Shown: positions 1-5,510 of the stretch, piece by piece
Position numbering within the stretch: position 1 is the first letter of the stretch
Layout: the number at the start of each line of letters is the position of its first letter
Assembly (NCBI GenBank): GCA_964644785.1
Contig: CAZXXP010000050.1
Coordinates: forward strand, 1 to 5,860
Origin: an uncultured Nitrosopumilales archaeon
Lineage (GTDB): Archaea > Thermoproteota > Nitrososphaeria > Nitrososphaerales > UBA57
Direction of reading: 5' to 3'
Length of the DNA stretch: 5,860 nucleotides
Made by a program: the position numbers and the translations under genes
The notes under the pieces: generated by a model
Told to the model about the DNA's origin: nothing
Seen by the model: the letters and a program-made list of their open reading frames with translations, nothing else
Database searches by the model: none

Positions 1-366
<366 letters not shown>

Positions 367-410
367 TTGGATAATCCCAGCAGAGGCGCAATGACTATGC
401 ATGGCGAACT

Positions 411-421
411 TTATTTTTTTT
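411..421 (+). terminator. Oligo-T tract (TTATTTTTTTT, with T8 at 414-421) about 50 nt past the predicted 23S 3' end; candidate archaeal RNA polymerase terminator for the rRNA operon
   Basis: This is the longest T run in the window and lies just downstream of the rRNA on the same strand. Archaeal intrinsic termination is known to use oligo-T tracts. Confidence 0.5.
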
Positions 422-562
422 ACTCAATTCTGTTCTGGATTAGAGTGTTCTATTCCCCCGGGTTCCTACATGTCTCCATACCTTCGGGGGTAGTTTGGCA
501 ATAGTTGTACTTTCAATGATCTGCACATGAGGAAACCGAGCAGACGTTGTTTTGTGGATTAA

Positions 563-586
563 ATGAGTAAAATGAGTACTATGAGT
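563..586. repeat. Three copies of ATGAGT at exact 9-nt spacing (563-568, 572-577, 581-586), straddling the tpiA stop codon
   Basis: Direct reading gives atgagtaaa / atgagtact / atgagtttg. The tpiA stop codon (cta on the + strand) is at 579-581. Confidence 0.6.
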
Positions 587-1274
587 TTGCCGAGAGTAAT
601 GCATTTGCCATCTTGTAGAGAACTTCTCTGGGCTTTTCTGATTTCAATACGGCCTTGCTCGATCCTACGCCTTGCATTCCAAGTTTAATGGCTCTTTTGA
701 CATCGTTACTTGTTGTTACTCCTGAACCCGCTATTAATAGGACGTCTTTGTTGAACTTTCTTATCTTGCTTATTGCATTTTTTATGGTCTGAGGGCTTAC
801 CGTTGAAATTGCTTTGCCTGTACCGATCAGTTCTGGAACCTCTACCACCATCATGTCAGGTTTTAGTTTCGAAATTTCTGCGCCTTCTTCAGGGCTGTTG
901 GACAAACAGCATGTCAACAGTCCTAGTTCTCTGCACCTTCTGATTGCCAGTTCTAATTTTTCTTTTGTCAGCGGCTTTTCAGAATGGTTTAGCATTGTGC
1001 CAATAGCTCCTGCAGCTGCAACGGCTTCTGGCAGGATGTAGCCTGTATGTGCTCCCGCCTCTTCCGGGTCTAAATGCTGTGCGAAGATTGGTATCTTGAT
1101 CTTTGACGCTATCTTTGCTATATCTGAGCATTGCGGAGTTATGATAATTTGAACTCCTGTGTCGAGGCTCACCTTTTCTGCAATTTTGGCTAATCTGAAG
1201 GCTCTCTGCCCTGTTCCCTCAATGTAGGTCTTGAAATTTATGAGCAATAGAGGAGTCTTGAGTATTGCAGGCAT
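579..1274 (-). CDS. tpiA: Triosephosphate isomerase, short archaeal type (231 aa)
   Basis: The protein aligns along its full length with remembered archaeal TIMs such as Pyrococcus woesei. Matching blocks are INFKTY (catalytic Lys14), IPIFAQHLDP, HTGYILPEAV, GTMLNHSE (His96), PDMMVVEVPELIGTG (catalytic Glu145) and AGSGV. The length is typical of archaeal TIM (about 220-230 aa). The start is ATG. Confidence 0.93.
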   Translation of the reverse strand: MPAILKTPLLLINFKTYIEGTGQRAFRLAKIAEKVSLDTGVQIIITPQCSDIAKIASKIKIPIFAQHLDPEEAGAHTGYILPEAVAAAGAIGTMLNHSEKPLTKEKLELAIRRCRELGLLTCCLSNSPEEGAEISKLKPDMMVVEVPELIGTGKAISTVSPQTIKNAISKIRKFNKDVLLIAGSGVTTSNDVKRAIKLGMQGVGSSKAVLKSEKPREVLYKMANALLSANS

Positions 1275-1300
1275 GACATGAGGTTGTAGTTTATCACATG

Positions 1301-1311
1301 TTAAGTTTTTT
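1301..1311 (-). promoter_or_regulatory. Candidate TATA-like element for tpiA (AAAAAACTTAA on the minus strand)
   Basis: This A/T-rich block is centred about 32 nt upstream of the tpiA ATG (1274), which fits a very short leader. It shares the 3' ACTTAA with the candidate element at 5490-5499. There is no experimental support. Confidence 0.3.
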
Positions 1312-1312
1312 G

Positions 1313-1341
1313 ACCCAACAAATAACGATTCATTACGTTAT
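1313..1341 (-). terminator. Possible terminator hairpin plus T-rich tail downstream of the antiporter gene
   Basis: On the minus strand the sequence reads AUAACG-UAAUGAAU-CGUUAU: a 6-bp stem (1322-1327 with 1336-1341) and an 8-nt loop, followed by UUGUUGGG. It lies about 75-100 nt after the antiporter stop codon. The stem is short and the T tract weak. Confidence 0.25.
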
Positions 1342-1413
1342 CGGTAGTTGATGAAACCCCAGCAAGAAGGCACCAACAGAAGATCAGCCAGAGCTTAGGC
1401 GTATACGAAATTT

Positions 1414-2505
1414 TCATCCTATGAAATAGAACCCTATCCCAATTATTATGTAAACAGCAGTCAGCATGACCCCTTCAAACCAATTGCTCTTACCATCATG
1501 AGCAATCAAATTCATAATTATTGCAGACAGAAACACTGCAGCAAGTTCGTAAATAGTGAAGACCAGAGTCAGAGGCTTCCCCAGAATTATCCCAGCAATG
1601 ACAAGCAGGGGAACAACAAACAAAGCAATCTGAGTTCCCGAACCGGCAGCTATACCAATGGCTGTATCCATTTTTTCCTTCCTTGCAAGCATTATAGCAG
1701 AGCTGTGCTCCGCAGCATTACCCACTAAACCTACAATAACAACACCAATAAAAAGTTCTCCAAAGCCAAATTCCTCCGAGGTAGCTCCAACAGAACCAAC
1801 AAGAATCTCGCTTACCAAAGCAACAAAAGCCATAGAAACCGCCAACAAAAGAAATGCCCTTTTCTTGCTCCACAAATTCTGGCGCTCTTCATCATCCTCC
1901 CCTCCCATACTTACGAAAAGGTGCTTGTGCGTTATGAAGGTGAATATTATCGACCCAATATACACTGCCAAAAGGGTAAATGCAACAGCATCGCTCATCA
2001 ATTGAATCAGATTCTGATTGGCGGGGCCGTCTCCTTTGAGCTCCGTTTCAGCAAGTATGGTGGGAACTGCTAAACCTATTACTGCAAGAAACAGCATCGA
2101 AGTCTGCACTCCAGCGTTTTGACTGTTAAAGACCTGCTCCTTCTTTCGCAGACCTCCCGCAATTATGCTCAAGCCAAAGACTAGCAGAACGTTTCCGATT
2201 ATGGAACCAGTAATAGAAGCCTTGATCAAATTGATCAGGCCAGCATTGAGAGCAACCAAAGCTATGATGACTTCGGCGGCATTACCGAATGTCACATTCA
2301 GGAGAGAACCCGTCACAGAGCCATAATGCACTGCCAAATGCTCTGTAGCGTTTCCAATCAGTTTTGCAAGGGGCAAGATCGCAATTCCCGACGCAACAAA
2401 TATCAACACATGATCGGCGTGCAGAAACTCTAAAGCTATCGCAAGAGGAGTGAAAATAAGAAAGTAGTAGATCGGGCTTATTTTCAAATGCCCCGCATCA
2501 AACAT
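1414..2505 (-). CDS. Ca2+/H+ antiporter of the CaCA superfamily, CAX/ChaA-like (363 aa)
   Basis: The protein is polytopic and hydrophobic. It carries the two signature alpha-repeat motifs, GNATEH (N-terminal half) and GNAAEH (C-terminal half), separated by an acidic/charged central loop (GGEDDEERQ). The size matches prokaryotic CAX proteins (about 350-370 aa). The start is ATG. Confidence 0.9.
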   Translation of the reverse strand: MFDAGHLKISPIYYFLIFTPLAIALEFLHADHVLIFVASGIAILPLAKLIGNATEHLAVHYGSVTGSLLNVTFGNAAEVIIALVALNAGLINLIKASITGSIIGNVLLVFGLSIIAGGLRKKEQVFNSQNAGVQTSMLFLAVIGLAVPTILAETELKGDGPANQNLIQLMSDAVAFTLLAVYIGSIIFTFITHKHLFVSMGGEDDEERQNLWSKKRAFLLLAVSMAFVALVSEILVGSVGATSEEFGFGELFIGVVIVGLVGNAAEHSSAIMLARKEKMDTAIGIAAGSGTQIALFVVPLLVIAGIILGKPLTLVFTIYELAAVFLSAIIMNLIAHDGKSNWFEGVMLTAVYIIIGIGFYFIG

Positions 2506-2532
2506 GGATGGTTTTAGCCTTTACCGAAGACA

Positions 2533-2626
2533 GTTCTGATAACTTGACTGGGTTTAGCACCATTGCTCCTTCGTTTCCTCTCATTCACACAATATCTGAG
2601 CTCATACACAGTTTAGTTATCAGAAC
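2533..2626. promoter_or_regulatory. Perfect 12-bp inverted repeat in the divergent antiporter/atpE control region; candidate paired operator or duplicated promoter module
   Basis: The arms are GTTCTGATAACT at 2533-2544 and AGTTATCAGAAC at 2615-2626, with 70 nt between them, and are exact reverse complements. Read 5'->3' toward each gene, AGTTATCAGAAC lies about -39..-28 from the antiporter ATG and about -72..-61 from the atpE ATG. Each arm is also a partial palindrome (GTTnTnAnAAC). Confidence 0.55.
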
Positions 2627-2642
2627 CCCAAAGACAAAAACA

Positions 2643-2650
2643 GATAAATT
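2643..2650 (+). promoter_or_regulatory. Candidate TATA box for atpE (GATAAATT)
   Basis: This A/T-rich octamer is centred about 40 nt upstream of the atpE ATG (2687). Standard TATA-to-TSS spacing would give a leader of roughly 14 nt. Confidence 0.3.
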
Positions 2651-2686
2651 GGTCGCAAAAATGACCATTGACAAAGCAGTGTTAAC

Positions 2687-3286
2687 ATGATTGCGCAGAA
2701 TGCTCTTGATAATGTAATAGGGAAGGTAGTTGAAGAGGCAAAGCAGGAGATATTGAAGATTCTCGAGTCTGGCAAGATGGATGGCCAAGACATACTCTAT
2801 CACGCTCAGAGGGAAGCGGAAGTCGAAGCGGGGAAGGTTCTGTCATCAAAAGACAGGCAGGTCGAAAGCCTCTCACGAAGGATTATAGGAAGCGCTGAAT
2901 TGGAAGCACGAAACAAGTCGTTAAGGTTAGTCGAGGAGAACATGAACAAGGTCTTTGAAAACGCTCTAGCCAAACTGTCAAAGAACAAGCCCAAAGAATA
3001 CAAAGAAGCCATGAGGAAGATGGTGTCAGAGGCGGTAGAGGCAGTAGGCGCAGAGAAAGTTATTCTGTCATGTAATAGTGAAGACAAGAGCCTTGTTCAG
3101 GGCATAGCAAAGCAGGTCTCCAAGAGCATAGAAGTTTCTGTTGCAGGCAAGCCCATAGTTTGCGTAGGAGGGGTAAAGGCAGCAACAGCAGACGGTTCGA
3201 TAGGGTTCGATAATACACTTGAAGCGAGGCTGATCAGGATGAAGCCGATTCTCCGCAAGCAAATAGCGGATCACTTCTCAAAGTAG
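2687..3286 (+). CDS. atpE: A1Ao/V-type ATP synthase subunit E, peripheral stalk (199 aa)
   Basis: The N-terminal region is a charged coiled-coil (EEAKQEILKILE...REAEVEAGK...RRIIGSAELEARNKSLRLVEEN). The C-terminal globular part carries the characteristic GGV..ATADGSIGFDNTLEARL...L motif. Both align closely with remembered Methanocaldococcus AtpE (GGCIIETADGLKSLDNSLEAIF). Confidence 0.88.
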   Translation: MIAQNALDNVIGKVVEEAKQEILKILESGKMDGQDILYHAQREAEVEAGKVLSSKDRQVESLSRRIIGSAELEARNKSLRLVEENMNKVFENALAKLSKNKPKEYKEAMRKMVSEAVEAVGAEKVILSCNSEDKSLVQGIAKQVSKSIEVSVAGKPIVCVGGVKAATADGSIGFDNTLEARLIRMKPILRKQIADHFSK

Positions 3287-3290
3287 AACC

Positions 3291-3296
3291 ATATAT
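3291..3296 (+). promoter_or_regulatory. Candidate TATA box (ATATAT) for the MFS gene, spaced for a leaderless transcript
   Basis: The centre of ATATAT lies about 26-27 nt upstream of the GTG start at 3320, the canonical archaeal TATA-to-TSS distance. The atpE-MFS spacer is only 33 nt, so co-transcription is also possible. Confidence 0.35.
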
Positions 3297-3319
3297 CAAG
3301 CCCCAAAGGCACTGGGGCA

Positions 3320-4483
3320 GTGCACTCCATAGCGCCGATCTACCTAGTTACTTTCTTCGTAGTCATGGGCCTGTCGATCATTGTACCAGCCCTACCGCTC
3401 TACGCTAGGGACCTCGGTGCGAGCGATATCATGATCGGAGCGTTGATAGCAGGCTTTGGAGTGGCTAGAGTAGTCTTTGACATTCCTGCAGGAATTTTTG
3501 CGGAGAGGATGAGCCAGAAGAAAGTTCTCCAGATCGGTTTGGGGATAATAGCAGTTTCTTCGATAGGAGCGGCTTTAGCACCGAACTACTGGCTCCTGCT
3601 TGCGGCAAGGATATTCGAAGGAATTGGCTCAGCGCTCTATGTGACAACGGCTGCAACGATGGTCAGCGCTTCTACAGAGCTTGGAAGCAGGGGGAAGATG
3701 ATGAGCTACTATACCGCAGCAATACTGCTCGGAACCACCGTAGGGCCTGCAGTGGGAGGAATTGTAACGCCTCTATGGGGAAAAAACTCTCCCTTCGTCG
3801 TCTACGCAGCCCTTACAGCTATAAGCATGTTGATTTCACACTTTACTATTTCAAACAATCAGAAGCCCCACATGCAGAAACACGAAATCGGTTTTAGAAT
3901 TCTATTTTCCGACAGGTCGCAACTATTGATCAGCGCTGCAACTTTTGCGATGGCGTTCATGTGGACGGGACTCGAACTCACAGTAGTGCCTATATTCGCC
4001 TACGACAACCTCAACATATCACCAACTTCTCTTGGATTGGTACTGGCTTCTGCAGCACTTGCGAACTTGTTTTCTACGATTATCATTGGGAGACTCAGCG
4101 ACCGGCTAGGAAGGAAAGTGCCGATGGTTACGAGCTATCTTTTGTCGGCATTTGCAGCATTTCTTTTGGCGTCATCGGCAAATCTCGAAACCTTCTTCCT
4201 CTATGCATTGATCTACGGTCTAGCTACTGGAGCATGGGGTCAGACTTCGGCATGGGCTGCTGACGTAGGCCCGAAAGAGAGGATGGGAACCGTCATGGGA
4301 GCCAACAGGATGATGGGAGACTTGGGTTTCGTCATCGGCCCTTTGGCATTGGGATACCTTGCGGGGCAGAGGACTGGAGCCTACGTTGAAGCCTATCCTT
4401 TCTATGTTACAGCACTGATAGTCTTGATAACCGGCATCATGCTGGTATTTGCTAGGGATCCCGCCAAAGCTAAACTTCGTTGA
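3320..4483 (+). CDS. Major facilitator superfamily transporter, substrate unknown (387 aa)
   Basis: About 12 hydrophobic segments are present. MFS motif-A-like loops occur in both halves (GIFAERMSQKKV after TM2 and GRLSDRLGRKV after TM8). The start is GTG, the first possible start codon after the in-frame atpE stop. The next ATG (3365) would delete part of TM1. Confidence 0.85.
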   Translation: MHSIAPIYLVTFFVVMGLSIIVPALPLYARDLGASDIMIGALIAGFGVARVVFDIPAGIFAERMSQKKVLQIGLGIIAVSSIGAALAPNYWLLLAARIFEGIGSALYVTTAATMVSASTELGSRGKMMSYYTAAILLGTTVGPAVGGIVTPLWGKNSPFVVYAALTAISMLISHFTISNNQKPHMQKHEIGFRILFSDRSQLLISAATFAMAFMWTGLELTVVPIFAYDNLNISPTSLGLVLASAALANLFSTIIIGRLSDRLGRKVPMVTSYLLSAFAAFLLASSANLETFFLYALIYGLATGAWGQTSAWAADVGPKERMGTVMGANRMMGDLGFVIGPLALGYLAGQRTGAYVEAYPFYVTALIVLITGIMLVFARDPAKAKLR

Positions 4484-4748
4484 TCTTCTTCGCCATTCTC
4501 ATGTCATAGAGCGTTAACCCGCCAGCATCGTGCGTAGTTAATTCGACCGTGACAGTAGTCCAGATAATGGTGATGTCTGGATGGTGCTCCTCTTTCTCCG
4601 CAAGCTCCGCGAGCTTATTGACAAACTTGATCCCGTCCATGTACTTTGTGAACTTGTAGACTTTCTGTATTTTGTTTCCTTTGACTTTCCTCCACCCTTC
4701 TATACCCTTCAGCTTCTCTTTTACTTCTGCTGAGGAGAGGAGTTTCAT
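4470..4748 (-). CDS. Pterin-4-alpha-carbinolamine dehydratase (PCD/DCoH family, COG2154), 92 aa
   Basis: The size is typical. The full PCD signature as I recall it, E-x3-H-H-P-x5-W-x9-H-x8-D, is present as EKEEHHPDITIIWTTVTVELTTHDAGGLTLYD. The ATG lies 2 nt after the upstream gene's stop codon (minus strand TAA GC ATG). Confidence 0.9.
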   Translation of the reverse strand: MKLLSSAEVKEKLKGIEGWRKVKGNKIQKVYKFTKYMDGIKFVNKLAELAEKEEHHPDITIIWTTVTVELTTHDAGGLTLYDMRMAKKINEV

Positions 4749-4750
4749 GC

Positions 4751-5455
4751 TTAGGACGGTTTCAGACCGTTTTTGAGCACGTATTCCAGGTACACAGAAT
4801 CTAGAATTACCCTGTGCATGTCGATCTTGTAGAAATAGCCTTCCCGTATCTCTGCTTGATCTCCTTGAGTATGAGTATACTTCTCAACAAGGCCTATTGT
4901 AAGTTCTCCATGCTCGACATCAGCAACCATGTGCTCCTTGAAGAAGGTCATCCCATCCTCGGTAACAAAAGGATAGTACTTCTTGAAAGCGTCTATCATC
5001 TTCTCCATCCTTTTGGGGACCAGATGCTCAGTCAGCGATGCCGCAACACCGACCCTCCAAGGCTTGTACCTTGCAAGGTTAAGATAGCCATCAACGGCCA
5101 TCCTTACTGCAGGAAGCACGTCAGCCTTCATCACTTGTTCCTCCGACAATCCTAAATCCTTGCAGAACCTCAACCATAAATCAGGGTGAGATGGTTTTCC
5201 CTTCCCTCCTGCTTCCTCGACGAGTTTCTCTATCCATAACGACCTGACATCAGGAGGGCAATTTGCTGCTATTGCGGCTTCCTTCTCTGGTATATGCCCG
5301 TGGAAATAGTACCTGTTTATCGCCCACCCCCTAAGTTGATCGAGAGTGAGTTTTCCACCATAGAGGAGTTTCATGAAAGGATGCTGCTCGGGGAACCTCT
5401 TCCGTCCTTCTTCAATCAGAGACCAGACGTACGACTGTTTGGTTTGGGCCTTCAA
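4751..5455 (-). CDS. PqqC/CADD-like protein of the TENA/THI-4/PQQC heme-oxygenase-fold family; predicted diiron (HDO-type) oxidase rather than a genuine PQQ synthase (234 aa)
   Basis: Blocks shared with remembered PqqC and Chlamydia CADD are HPF..L..G.LT..QL.GWA.NRYY, IPEKEAAIAANCP, DLWLRF...LGLS, LPAVRMAVDGYLN, SLTE and ADVEHG. Putative metal ligands are E80/E81, H90, E143, H175, D179 and H182. The start is TTG at 5453-5455, the first start codon after an in-frame stop. The N-terminal length matches CADD. Confidence 0.8.
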   Translation of the reverse strand: MKAQTKQSYVWSLIEEGRKRFPEQHPFMKLLYGGKLTLDQLRGWAINRYYFHGHIPEKEAAIAANCPPDVRSLWIEKLVEEAGGKGKPSHPDLWLRFCKDLGLSEEQVMKADVLPAVRMAVDGYLNLARYKPWRVGVAASLTEHLVPKRMEKMIDAFKKYYPFVTEDGMTFFKEHMVADVEHGELTIGLVEKYTHTQGDQAEIREGYFYKIDMHRVILDSVYLEYVLKNGLKPS

Positions 5456-5489
5456 GGTGACCAGCTACACCAATTTGGCAAAGTGTGAA

Positions 5490-5499
5490 TTAAGTATAT
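5490..5499 (-). promoter_or_regulatory. Candidate TATA box (ATATACTTAA on the minus strand) for the PqqC/CADD-like plus PCD operon
   Basis: This is the only strongly A/T-rich block in the 55-nt gap between the permease stop (5511) and the TTG start (5455). It is centred about 40 nt upstream of the start codon. Confidence 0.35.
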
Positions 5500-5510
5500 C
5501 GCAAGAATGA

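Noticed and set aside
445-480. Inverted repeat CCCCCG (445-450) / CGGGGG (475-480) with a ~24-nt loop in the zone between the rRNA and tpiA
   Set aside because: There are only 6 Watson-Crick pairs (plus 2 possible G-U pairs) and a large loop. It lies after the T8 tract on the + strand and about 100 nt past the tpiA stop on the - strand, with no adjacent T run. This is too weak to call a terminator or a structured RNA.
1349-1354. UGAUGA (C-box-like) in the 139-nt tpiA/antiporter spacer; possible C/D box sRNA
   Set aside because: No CUGA D box lies at an appropriate distance downstream on the same strand, there are no C'/D' boxes, and there is no terminal stem. On the opposite strand the only CUGA precedes a degenerate GUGAUAA, which is the wrong order.
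814-2005. Antisense ORFs inside tpiA (814..1041 +) and the antiporter (1498..1728 +, 1658..2005 +)
   Set aside because: They sit entirely opposite strongly supported genes and have low-complexity S/T/P/N-rich translations with no motifs. These are typical shadow ORFs.
2508-2690. 60-aa ORF filling the whole antiporter/atpE intergenic region and ending in an ATGA overlap with the atpE start
   Set aside because: Its ATG is 3 nt from the divergent antiporter ATG, so there is no room for a promoter. The peptide (S/T/L/I-rich) resembles no ATPase subunit (it is not AtpH-like coiled coil) or other family I know. A 60-codon open frame at this GC content is not rare. The region is better explained as regulatory DNA carrying the 12-bp inverted repeat. 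Ribosome profiling or proteomics could reopen the question.
3284-3322. atpE and the MFS gene are in the same reading frame, separated only by a TAG and 11 sense codons; possible read-through/pyrrolysine or a split fusion
   Set aside because: Same-frame placement has a one-in-three chance. A soluble stalk subunit fused to a 12-TM transporter has no precedent. There is no PYLIS-like context that I can see, and the lineage suggested by the other genes is not known to use Pyl.
2585-4263. ORFs 2585..2803 (-), 2682..2876 (-), 2806..3087 (-), 3068..3274 (-), 3465..3656 (-) and 3961..4263 (+)
   Set aside because: They are antisense or out-of-frame overlaps of atpE and the MFS gene, with no family resemblance. 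The sense genes account for the coding signal.
4751-5455. Annotating this gene as genuine PQQ synthase PqqC (PQQ biosynthesis)
   Set aside because: No pqqA/B/D/E gene is adjacent, the neighbours being PCD and an ABC permease. The protein also has a His/Asp/His plus Glu/His/Glu pattern typical of dimetal HDO enzymes such as CADD, not of metal-free PqqC. I kept it as 'PqqC/CADD-like'.
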